64,000 bases of DNA from the human T2T-CHM13v2.0 reference genome, Homo sapiens: the NCBI RefSeq assembly GCF_009914755.1, contig NC_060929.1, one strand, 5' to 3'. Positions 25,735-38,230 of this stretch are shown in pieces (position 1 is the stretch's first letter; every line of letters begins with the position of its first letter). Made by a program: the position numbers and the translations under genes. The notes below the pieces were generated by a model that worked only from the letters and a program-made list of their open reading frames with translations, had not been told where the DNA came from and did not search any database.

Positions 25735-28700
25735 CTATATAAGGAAAAAATAGAAAACAAAGGTCAGAGTTCAAAAAGCTTCTCACATAACTGCATAAAA
25801 ACCTGCCTTCCTTTTCACCTCCCAAAACACAAAGGAAAACACTGAAAGCTTAGAAATTTTTCCCAAAACAGGCATTAATGTGTAATAAAAAAATATCAAT
25901 TTCCTTTTCAAATTCCTGTCTTTCAAACCGTATGTATTCAATACTGGGAATAGTAAAAACATTTCAGCCCAGTATAGAAACAGCGCTGCTCTTCTTAGTT
26001 TGACATATAAACCCAGACACCTTCTAGGTGCAAGGTGTATTTGCTATCAATTATACTGTAGGTGATGCCTTGCTGCTCTCAGTTATGATTAAGCCTCTGT
26101 GTTTGTAACAGCTGATAATTCAACTGTCAACATTTCTTTTACATACAGACACGCATCTTGTGGTGCACAGCTCCAGTTTTTCAATACTCACAAAACCTAA
26201 AAAGAGACAGCCTTCCAAATGTTAGAATTAACCAAAGGCGTACATTTAGCTTAATACCATTTGTTCTGGGTATGGAAAGATGAAAAAACAAAGGCTGGCC
26301 AGTCTGGTCTCTTCATAACCATGTCTTTCCTGCATTTGGGTTGCATCAATTTATGCTCTGAGGCTAGGCAATTCATTACTTTAAAATTGCAAGGATCTCA
26401 ATCACTCAATTCTTCACAGCTATGTTAACTTCTTCCCCACTCCTAATAACCCTTTCCTTCCTAACAGCCACCATGTACTCCCTTTATTCTCCCCATCAGC
26501 ACTTTGACCCCATTGTTTCCTGGCACACCCACTGTATCAGCAAAACTGAACAGTTTGCAAGTTGAAGAGGTGTCACCCATGCACATTATCCTCATAGCAT
26601 CTTTAAGGATTTGTCCCTTTGTAGTTAATATTCAATTGCTTTGCTATATGTGTTTTTGGCAGGCAGTCTGCATGCTGCAGTTTTAGAAAGCTGCCCAAAA
26701 TGAAGCCTCAATATCTCTTCTGGTAAAGCTAATTTACATCAAAGCGCACAATTAGTTTAAATTATTGTCCATGCTGTGTTCTGATGCAGTTTATCTCTGA
26801 CACGATCTCCTGTGAATTTTATCAGCCTCAGTGTCATTCAATTATGTAGCTTTATTATATCCTTGTTGAGTTCACCTAGGCCCTTAAATAGATTTTAGGA
26901 AACTAGCTTTAGAGTAAAATCAGAACATATTGTTTCTTGGCCAGTGATTCCATCTTCCAAGGCATTAGGAAATAAACAGCTTCCTCTGGATCCAGAGGAT
27001 TCAGCACTAAATTATTTTTAGTTTCAAAGAATTGCCCACTTTGCTCCAGCTTTAGTTTTATAGAATAACTGGCCTTCTCACCCATCTGGTTAGGGAGTCT
27101 TTGAGCTCTTTACCATGAAATATCACTAAGGAAATTTAAAACAGTCTCTCTGCAATATCTTTCCCCATTTATAAGTTTAAATACAATCCCAAACTTTTGG
27201 AATTGTGCTGTCAGAAACTCGGCAGCCACTGTTAAATGATATTAAGTTAAAAGTTGGATGGCAGATAGGAAATTTAGCACCCAATTTCTAGGTTTGATGA
27301 CCAAAGTGTTCTTAGCCTTAGACAACCATGTTACCAACATTTTCTGCTATTCTCAAGGGCAGAAGAGATAACCCAAGATGAACTCATTCTCACAAGTGGA
27401 GAAAAAAAGGATCAACCGTTCATCCTTCCAACTGTGGTTTATCAATGCTCTCTCCACATACAGAGGATGGCATCACATATAATGGCAATGTGAAATCTTG
27501 TGAAATATTTTCTACTTGAACATGCTGTTCTAATAAAGCCCTTGGAAGCTCAGGCTGTGTGTCCAACAGGGAAGGGCTGGAACCAAAGACAAGTTCCTTT
27601 AACTTTAATTTCACAGGCCACATTCTCTTTGATGTCAAAGAAAGGTTTGAGCAAGTCTCAAGAACTGGATATTCCCTAATGATTTCAACATATTTTATAA
27701 CTTGGATGGAATTTGAAGCATTCTTCTGGACCTTGCCACTTTTTCAGGTTAACTATAATTACCATTTTTACCTATTTCTTAGGGAAAAATCACAGTTTTA
27801 AGTATAAGGCCTCCAAAAGTAGCTATCTGCATTAGAATATTTAAAGCTCATTGCAAATGTAACAATACTGCCTAATTGCTGCCAAAATGTGAAAGTACAC
27901 CTTGAGTGAAAACTCATTATGCAAAATGAGTCCTTCAAACAACCCCTTGCCCAGCCAGGCCAAGCAGGGAAGAAAAATGATTCTCTGCATCTGATTGCTT
28001 TTGCCCTGCCTCAGGAAAGTGGACTGCCAAAGCAAAAACCAATGAGCCAGAGCTGATAAACCTTTGTGTATCACTGCTTTGGCTGCAGCTGAGAGAGGAA
28101 ACCTCACATCAGGGGCCAAGATCATGAACACATGTGAAGGACTCTAGGCACCAGAGCCCACTTGGGGGATGGTCACTGAGCATGGGGGAGGGGTCTCTTA
28201 GCAGCCACTGCTGCAGTCTATGTCAGGAAATAAGTGCTGGAGTATACGTGATCACTCCTGCACACTGTCCTAGCTAGGTTCAAGGGCTTCCACACACGGT
28301 GAGTATAAGCAGGCTGGGCTGCATCAATTAAGTCACTCTGTGTCTGGGAGAATTCTGGTGAGGCACAGTCCAAACTCAAGTGGAGAAAGCCAAAGATAAA
28401 AGACAAAAGAAAAAAGAATGGCTCCTCTAGAGCTTCACCTCCTGAAAATTTGTTCATCCCTGAGACCCACTTAACGATTGGGGTGCTCAAAGGACATAAG
28501 GATAGTTGTCAGTGGTCCTGAACCAACACCCTACCAATACCAAGGCTGGGCATTTCACCAGGGCCTAAGACTCAGGTGGCAGAGCCAGGCTTTTAAAAAA
28601 AAAAATCTTATTTTCTATCTAAATAAAAACATATTGTATCTATTTTACATTGTCCTGAAATGAACAGACCCCATGACTTGCTATGCTGTCAATAATTCTA

Positions 28701-29399
28701 TCACTTCTACCCTGGGAAGTAGTGTGTCTGCCCCGGCACGATCCCAGTGCTGTGTGGGCCCCACACTTAAGCCCTGAAGCTGACAAAGTGCAGGACATTA
28801 ACAGCCCTTGCCTCTGACCTTCCCTCTGGCCCAATAAAGTTATGGCTTGTTAAAATTCAAACTGTGGTGAAAGACATATTGGATAGATCAAACTTGTCAG
28901 GCAAGGCATATCTATCTGAGTTAGCCTTTTGAGTGGCAATTTTATCATCTAATGATAAAGCTTTTTTAAAGACTTGCAAGGAGCCCAGCAACAGTTAATT
29001 TTTAAACATAAACCCAAATAGAAAGATGCATATCTAAATATAGTCATTTAAGTTCAATAGCTCCCATTAATGCATTCCACAGGTTGAGGAATGAAGGATG
29101 GCAGTGTTACTACATGTCTATTTTATGGGTTACACTGAAGAATATAATTATGTCAGGCATCTTCTGGACAGGACAGAGAACGGTCTTGCTGTAAATTCTA
29201 ACTAACCCATATGAGGAAAGACTGAATCCATTTCACTATAGCATTTCATAAATGAATATTATTCAACCCTTTTTTAGAGATTGTTAAAACCTGAAAGACC
29301 CTGTAAATGTAAACAGAGGCCCAAACTTAAGCATACTGACTTAGGTCTAGAATCACATAGTATTCCAAGGCAGCAGGAACTCTCATGAAAAGTTGACAT

Positions 29400-29712
<313 letters not shown>

Positions 29713-32080
29713 TTTAAAAAGTCACCATAAAGATCATGGTAAGAAAGTGACAAACCATCCATGTCCAGGATGAAGGAGGAGGGTTGGTGTTAGTGGGAGA
29801 GGAAGAAACAGAGACTGGTAGCAAATAAGACTCCAGTTATTGTTTTATTTTCTACAGCTGATCAACAAAGATAAAACTATATTTCTCCATTTATCTCACT
29901 TATTAAATATTCCACTAAGATAGTACTGAAACCTGTGAAATTATTGGCACTCGATGGCTGGTGCAAAGGAATTTAACTATTAATGCTTTAGAGATATTCT
30001 GTTCAGATAAGCATCAATGAAAAAGAAAATACGTTTTACATATACATATATACACATTTTATATATAATATATATTATTAAAGATATATTTATTATATAT
30101 TACTATATGTTTTTCATACACATAAATATGCCAAGACCACTCCACTCTATAATGCATCTTCCAATGAAATAATTAAGTCTGCTTAACATGAAATGACAAA
30201 ATATTCTTGCTATAATTTGGGTGATTAAGTCTCTTCATCACAGATGATCATAGCCAACTACAGAACCTATGGTTCCAGCCCATTTTGAATAAGAACCTGA
30301 ATTTTCTTTTACTATACCATAGCCCCAAAATGACTGATGCAATTTAGCTCAAATATTCACCAGGGATTTGCCTTTCAAGAGGTGCCTATTTAATCTCCAA
30401 GGAATGTCAAAGCTGACTCTGAGGAAAAGATGGGGTGGCAGAACCAAATGAAAACCCAATTGCCTTGGCACCCAATTATGAAGATGATAATGTAATTTAT
30501 TACATACTACAGCTTCAGATGCTACAGATCAAACACATTTAGTTCTCATGAAACCGATCATTTCTCCTTCATACATATTTTAGCTAAGCTGTTTGAACCC
30601 TGCCGTTTCATCTGATGATTACCTGAGATAATATTAATACAAATTACCAGCCTAGAAAATAAATGGGAGCCTCATTTGTCTTGACCAGGAGGGAGCAATA
30701 GAGACATAAACTGAAGGAAGCAAATTAAAAGGAGGGCAGGTAGTCATTTTGGAGTTGTCTGTGGGCTGATTGCAGATACACACAAAATGGAGAAGCACTT
30801 CCCTGCAAGGCTAAGTAGATCAGAACTGAGTTTGTAGATCCCAGATGGAGGCACACTCCACTTTACCAAAACTGCAACCTTTAGAAAGAGATCAATGAAG
30901 GGACTGTAGCCAAACTGCTCTCAAGAGAATTCAGTGCAAACTGGTTCTATTTATCTTCACACTACTTGACTGGGGGGAATAGGAAGAAGATCTGGTTGGT
31001 GGGTGGGAGAAATGTCCCCGAAATGATAATAGAAGTCACCAGAAAAGTGAGATTTCCAGACCATTATGTAAATGCTTCTGTTATATAATGTGACATTTGC
31101 CTGTAATTTTGTGTGCAATGGAAATCTCTGCTAATCAAACTATTATAAGGTACAAAACACTCCATTTATTAAGAAAGGAGCTAGCATCACACACAACTAC
31201 CCTACCTCTGAGCTGTTTTCATTCACATCTCTGGGCAAATAATTTGCTGTTTGTCTCCTCCCCATCTCTGGTGAGGAGCCTCAGTGAGAATCCTTCTGAA
31301 TGAAGTGACCCAGCTTGGGCAGTGACTTGAGGCTTCTCAGCCTTCCATCCAAAGCTACCACTCATGAGAACCCTGTACAACAGAGCCTGGGAGTTGTCTG
31401 CATTAATACATTTCTGTGTGCACAAATCACCCACCCCCACCCCCCCACCCCCCAACACACACACGGGCCTAGGCCGCTTCTGAGCAGGGATGGGTCTTAC
31501 TCACCTGCACATCCCCTAAGGCATCACTCAACAGCACACAGTAAATCCTTGCTAAATCACATCAAATATAAGTAAGCAATTCCAGTTTGTAAGCAATTCC
31601 ATCTCTGTATCCCTGTGAAATTCCCATAACTATTACTAGTGTGTGTAAGTACAGGTGGTTGTATGTTTATACACACACTCTAAATCACCTTCACCCTGAA
31701 TAGAGCAATTCTTTGATAAATTGGTCTGACATTTGGTTTAAAGTCCTCCAGGTCTTAGACAAAATGATTCAGAAAATAACAATGTCAGTTGCTCTGCTCT
31801 TTCAATAAATAACCCACCAGTAAAACACAGATAATAACTGACAATCATACTTGTACTGTAACTAATGAGAAAAGATAAAGCAGCAAATGGACTGTTTATA
31901 TGCATTTGATAAATTGCATCCCTTGGATATACCAATGAAAAATAAATGTGTGTGGTACTGGTTCACTGAACTAAAACAAATATTTACTACTGAGATTTCA
32001 GATTTAGAATGAAATTTACATTTTATTTGGCAACTACTTTAATGCTATGTCTACATACAGTTGAAAAATCAAAAACCTAC

Positions 32081-32089
32081 CTCAACTTC
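32081..32089 (-). CDS. SPOCK1: SPOCK1 9-nt alternative microexon GAAGTTGAG (Glu-Val-Glu)
   Basis: ttcttttattttttctcatttataaTGCtttcgtactcAG|GAAGTTGAG|GTaggt. Phase 0/0; gives RD-EVE-DDYF as in the testican-2/3 paralogues and mouse testican-1. Confidence 0.9.
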
Positions 32090-33034
32090 CTGAGTACGAA
32101 AGCATTATAAATGAGAAAAAAATAAAAGAATCACATCAAACAATAGGAAGAAATGTATACATTTTTGATAATTGCATCAAATTTTCAAATTATCATAACA
32201 TTAGAAAGGTCATCCAGATATGCTCTCTTAATTCACCTACCATCATTCCTTTGAAAAGGTCCCAACAATTCACTAAGTTCATGGGAAAGGACATGAGGTT
32301 ATGGGGTAGAATAACTGAAGTGGGATGAAATCTGAGTGTGGTCTAGTGATCTATATCATTGCTGCCGAACAGCTAGCAAAATCATGATTAAATCCCAACA
32401 CTCAGCCATGATTACCATCCACAAGAATTTCAAATGAGTAATTGCCTGTGACATTGGTCCAAAGGGTGAAATTCAGTAAAAACCCCAAGATGACATCCAA
32501 GACCAAGAGTAGTATACCTTCTACATTTCTGCAAAGAAATTCCTTTGCCTTGCAGTTTCAAAATAGCTTGAGGGGTCCTCAAACCTGAGAAAGATATGGA
32601 TTTATGTTCCTAGGAAACATGTAAAATGAATAGCATTGTCATTGCTCCTCTAGCTGATTCAAGGATCATCACCAACACAAAGAGCTCCCTCTTCTTAGGG
32701 ACTTTCTGTCTGTCCTGGTCAGTCCATCCAAGCTGGGGTGGAGAGAAGTAACCCACTGGCTTGTTCTTTTCCCAAGGGAAAGAACTGAGTCTGAGGTTTA
32801 TTCCCCAAAATATGCCCTGTGTTTGGGCTTTTCTTCTGGGGATATGAATGGGCATATGATGCTCCATTTGTACTCTGGCCAAGACATGTGTTGTCTCCTC
32901 AGACTCAAAACCATCCACAACCTTGACTTTATTAGCAAAATTATCAAATTGAGCTGGCCAAGAGCAGCCTTCTTAATATCTAGGAAGGAAAGAATAGGTC
33001 AGCACCAGGGAGTTAAAGTCAGAGAAGATACTGT

Positions 33035-33250
33035 AAACATGGCAGGCTTTGAAGCAGATGTGGGTTCAAATTCTGGCTCTAGCACTCACCAGCTATGTGG
33101 CCTTGCACAATCTACTCAGCTTCTCCGAGTCAATTTCCTTATCCATAAAACAAGACCACTTGCACCTACCTTGAAGGATGGTTGCAATGACTTGCAATAA
33201 TGATGCAAAGTGCTTGGTATGATATCTGGCATACAGAATTAATAAATAAA
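33035..33250 (+). mobile_element. MIR
   Basis: gggttcaaattctggctctagcactcaccagctatgtggccttg. Confidence 0.85.
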
Positions 33251-34127
33251 AGGTACACAATTTCATGTCCATTTCCTGAGGTTTACGGTAGGGGGATGTC
33301 CCAGGAACACTGAGAGAAACATTAGACTTTGTGGATATGTTTTAAATTTCAATAATGCAATTCTTGCATATTTGAATCTTGTCAATTAGGCCCAAGTGAA
33401 GGGAGACCAATTGCAACTGGAAAAAATAATTATGAAATACTTAAATGCATGTAGTTTTATTAGTCTCATGTATGAAGAGAGATTTTTAAAAAATCAATGA
33501 AATTTGAAAACTTGAGCTACAGGCATATTTTGCGTAAAGGGCAGACACGTACTATCTAAGATTCGGTCACACCTCTCTATTAAATAGACCCCATCTATTA
33601 AAAAAGACAATACTTACACCAGTGGGCCTATTTGTGCATTGAGTGTGGCGTTTTAAACCACTGAAAGGTATTACCTATCATGTAATTGTAAACAAATTAA
33701 TTAAAGTTTCAATTATGATTAACTATATCCTGATAAGGGACCTGAACCTGCTCTGAACAGGCAAAATTTCTGTGTAATCATTAATTTACATGTAGAAAAC
33801 AGATGGAGGAACCCTGAAAGGGTATGTCTCCTTGGCACACCAAACAAAGCCATTGCCATCTTATAGCTTATAGCACGTAAACCTTCATTTCAGAGAAAGT
33901 ACAAATTATACTGGCCTGAGGCCCAGCCTTGTCCGAGTATCACAAATCCCAAATTAATTAGGTCCAGCCATCTTTCTGAGAATGCCTGCTCCCTTCCCCC
34001 ACCATAGCTGGCAGGCCTCCATGAACATCCAGATGCTACCTTGTAGAGAATAAAACACCAGCTATTAACTACCACCTCACCATCCCTCCCCACTTATCCT
34101 CTCACCAAACACAGGGATTGGCAGAAG

Positions 34128-34285
34128 CAGTGGTTTCCACCTTGGCTGATGGCTGGGGATGCTGTGGGGCTTTTCAAACTCTGATGCCTGGCCCAGGGCA
34201 GGAGGTGCTGATTCAGTGGCTGGAGTGTAGCCTCCACACTGGGATGTTTTAAAAGCTCTCCAGGTGATTCTAATGTGCAGCCTCC
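34128..34285. mobile_element. MER5-family fragment
   Basis: ttttaaaagctctccaggtgattctaatgtgcagcc. Confidence 0.75.
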
Positions 34286-34499
34286 ATAGGAAGTCACACA
34301 CTAAATCACAGTGACTGAGGTGACTGAGGGAAGGCCAGGCCCACCATGGAGAGCAAACCAGGTACAGAACATCAGGGGCCTTCTCCCCCAGCTTCTGGAG
34401 CTTTCCAGAGTTGTATCCACCTACCACTTTCAGGGTCTGCTGCTCTAAGAGTCTCCAGCTCATTAGACAGCACCTCTGTCCACCTGCTGCTGAGGCAAG

Positions 34500-35286
34500 A
34501 ACCCAGGCCACAGGCTGGACTCCTCCCTCTTCCTTCCCTCTGCCGTTCAGGCAACAACGAAGTCATCTTCACTTGCACTCCTGGGTCTCTTTCACAACTC
34601 CCCTCTCCTCTGCCTTGGGTCAGGCCTCCACAATTTCTCCTCACAACATGGCCACGTGCCCTAACCAGCCTCCCTGCCTCCCCTGAGCCCTGCCCAGGCT
34701 GTTCACACTGCCTCAATAGTGACCTTCTAAAGGGATGTTCTGGTCACATCACCCTCCTGCTTAAAATGCTGGAGGGACTCCCAGGTCAAGGCCAAGCCCA
34801 TCAGCCCAGCTCACAGGACTTCTGTGCCCCAGCACCTGCTGAGCCTTGCAGTCACCTTATGGCCACACTAGCTTACATGGTCGAGCCACCAATGAACTAC
34901 GTTTTAATCCTGCAGCAGCCTATGCTCTCTTCGTTCCCCAAAACTCTGTCCATGCTATTCCTTCTGTGCCTGAAACACTCCTCCTTACCCTTCTTTTGTT
35001 AACATTTACTCCTCTATCAAATCCCAGTTTAGACACTTCTTCTCGTGGAAAGCCTTCCTTGTCCCCAGTCCCTCTGCACTCGAGACACCCCTGCTGTGTG
35101 ATCTGCAGCCCCCTGGGCTGCCTGAACAGAGCACTGAACTGCTCACACTGTAGAAGCTGGCTACTCCTCTGCAACTCAGCCACACAGACGGCAGTCCCTA
35201 GGGCCAGGGGCTGGGTGGCCTCACTGCCGAACCTCAGCACAGCATTCATTTGGCACCAGGTACTCTAACATCTACTGAATGAATAA
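34500..35286 (+). mobile_element. L2 3' region
   Basis: tctggtcacatcaccctcctgcttaaaa, catgctattccttctgtgcctgaaacactc, terminal ctgaatgaataa. Confidence 0.8.
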
Positions 35287-35726
35287 GATAACAATCCAAC
35301 CTCGGCTGGTTTTTTATGCCAGTATCTTGGACTGCAGCTCCACAACTTCTTCCCCTTTGTCTCAAAACTGATGGTTCTATGACCTGGAGGTTTCTGAGGA
35401 AGGTGAAATAGATAACTCCCTTTTAGTGACTAACTGGGGCAGTAACAGGAAACTGGAAACCAATGGGGATGACACTGGAAGGTCTCAGAGGGATCAACCA
35501 GGCTCCATAGGAGGAGGACAGGTAGATTTCTGCCCAATGGCCCCACCCCACATCTACTAATGCCCTGAGTCTCCTCAGGGACCAAGAGGACTTCATGATT
35601 TGGAACACCACAGCTGAGCCAAAATCTGATACAAGATTTAGGACTTGCATCAAATCAAAGCCCAAATCAAAACATCAAAGTAATAGTAATATTAATAGTA
35701 ATCATCGTAATAATAGCAGCTACCAC

Positions 35727-36009
35727 ATTTTTTTTTTAATAGACAGGGTCTTGCCATCACTCAGGCTGAAGTGCAGTGGCACAATTGTAGGTCACTGTAA
35801 CCTGGAACTCCTGAGCTCAAGTGATCCTCCTGCCTCATCCTCCCAAGTAGTTAAGACTACAGGTGTACACCACCATGCCCAGCTAATTTTTAAATTTTTT
35901 GTAGAGATGGGGTCTTGCTATATTGCCCTGGCTGGTCTCAAACTCCTAGCCTCATGCGATCCTCCTGCCTCAGCCTCCTAAAGTGCTGGGATTACAGGCA
36001 TGAGCTACT
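35727..36009 (-). mobile_element. AluJ (Jo/Jr-like) inside a minus-strand MIR (MIR continues 36010-36185)
   Basis: gaactcctgagctcaagtgatcctcc, ggggtcttgctatattgccc. Confidence 0.92.
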
Positions 36010-37879
36010 TTTGCAATAATCATCTGAGACAAGCATCTCAGTGTTATAGTTGTGGAAATTGAAGCTTAGAGAGATAAAATTACTATACAAGTTCACACAG
36101 CTAGTGAGAAGCAGAACCAGGATTTGAACTCCATTTTTGCCTGACTTCGAAGATCATGCTGTAACCACTACGTACTACTGCTTCAATGGCATCAATGTGA
36201 ACACCAGAGACCCTGGAGAGAAGGCATGGGGCTGCCTGCCCTGTGGAGATGCACCATGATACAGGAGATACCAAGAAATGGGAGGTGACAGCACAGATGA
36301 CGGGCCTCTCAAGAGATTCTCACTACCACTACCAGGACTCTCATTATATCTGAAGCCTCAGCTTTCCTATCTGTGAAATAGGGGATGAAAACACCTGCTT
36401 CACAAGGTCTCTAAGTAAGTGGACAGCCGGTCTATCTGTCATGTGTCTGCCCCAAGAAAGCAGGCAGGACACCCTGGATTCCTGATCCACCCCTACCCTC
36501 AGGCCCAGCCTCACTAAGATGGTTTTCTGGGAAGAATCATGGCCTTTGGCCCCAAAGAGAGCAGCCCCAAGAGCAGGCCGGCAGGAGATGCACAGGAGTC
36601 TCCTGCCTTTGTGTGCCCTGAACTGAGCACTCACACCTGTTTACCACCAGCACTCCTGGTGGCCCTGTGCAAAGTGAAACATCCAACACCAACATCCAAG
36701 CACCATGCTGAGGATGTAGTGGCTTTAGCATGAATCATCTCTCTGGAAAACTATGGCTGCAGGCTTGGCATGAAGTTTTCTTTAGCTGCAAAGTGAGGGA
36801 TGCTATGGCTCCTCCTAGCCCTGCCATTCAGCAGCTTCTCTTCCAAGGAACATCTGGGAAAGAAAGCAATAAAACTCCTTTCACTGTGTCCCTAAGACTG
36901 TCCTAGCTGCCACCTTGCAGCCCTGTATCCTGAGGCTCCAGCCTTTGGATCCACTTACACAGCAGACGCTCCTCACCAAAGCCCCAGAAATAAATTGAGT
37001 CCAAGACTTTGTCCACTCCAAGCCTGTGCTGTCTTGATCTGATAATTCTCCTTTGAAATTTGCAATTTTGGAAGTGACATTTTCCCCACGGTAAGAGGTA
37101 ACCAGAGTAGGCAAGCCTACCACAAATGGACCCACATTCCTGAGCCACAGTTTTCCTGTACAATCACCAACAAGGCTTCCATGGAGAAGAGTGGGCATCC
37201 CCTCTCTGAGCAACAGCCACTGCTAACAGCAGGGCCCACCACATGGGTAGAACAGTCCTCTGAGATTGACTGAAGGCTCTCCACAGAACCCACACTCCCA
37301 AAGGCTGCGGGGTCAAGGAGTCCTGAGCTACCCTGCCTGTTACCCAACAGGCACTGACGCAACTCTGTAATTGTTGTAACACAATTTCTCCTCCCCAGCA
37401 CTGACAGAAAGATGCCTGATAGAAACAAATGACCACGAGGCACTTCAGCCAGGCTCCACTCTTCATAACTTGCTCAGCTGACCCCTTGGACAGAGAGATG
37501 ACGTACTGATGTCATGTGGACAAGACGGATGGTCCAGAGAACCTACAAGAGAATTGTCTTTAGAACAAGAGCAATGCACATGAGTCCCCAGATAGTAGTC
37601 CTAACCCCACTATTGAGGACCCATGTACTAGTCTATGCCATGAACAACTGGCTGTCCTACTTCCCCCCAGGGGGAATGCTATTATCTGGTCCCGCTTATT
37701 TAGGGCCTGGGCACCCACAGAGACAGAGTGAGGCTAAGACTAGGAAAGAAATGGAGATCAAAGGCTCTAGGACCTCAATGCCCGATGACACATCCAGATC
37801 TAACCTATAAGCACTGGGGAGCCCCTGGAGGGCTTATTTGGAGGGTGACTCCACCAAACTGGTATTTTCTAAAGCATAC

Positions 37880-38230
37880 TGCACTCTCTCTGTGTGGGAC
37901 AAATTAGATGGAGCCCAACTGAAACCAAGGACACCAGCGAAGACTAACAACTACCCTTATCCTCTTGAAACCCATGGTCTAGCCAGAGGAGAAGTAACAA
38001 GAAAGGTAACCAGATTAAGCATAACATGACCTGGTAACTATCGCTTAGAAAAATTAGCTATGGGTACACAGAGGAAGAAGTCACAAATTATTCCATAGAA
38101 CCAGGGAAGATTCTACTGAGGAAGTACCACTGAAGCTAGTTCTTGAAGGACAGTTTTCCAGAGGATGGACACACAGTGGAGCGAGAGAGGACATTGCATT
38201 CAGGGGATCTGGCAGGTGCACGATCATGCA
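37880..38230 (-). mobile_element. L2 fragment
   Basis: cagggaagattctactgaggaagtaccactgaagctagttcttgaagga. Confidence 0.6.

Noticed and set aside
34346-35002. 218-aa ORF and overlapping ORFs
   Set aside because: Lies over a decayed L2; low-complexity P/S/L composition; no recognisable domain
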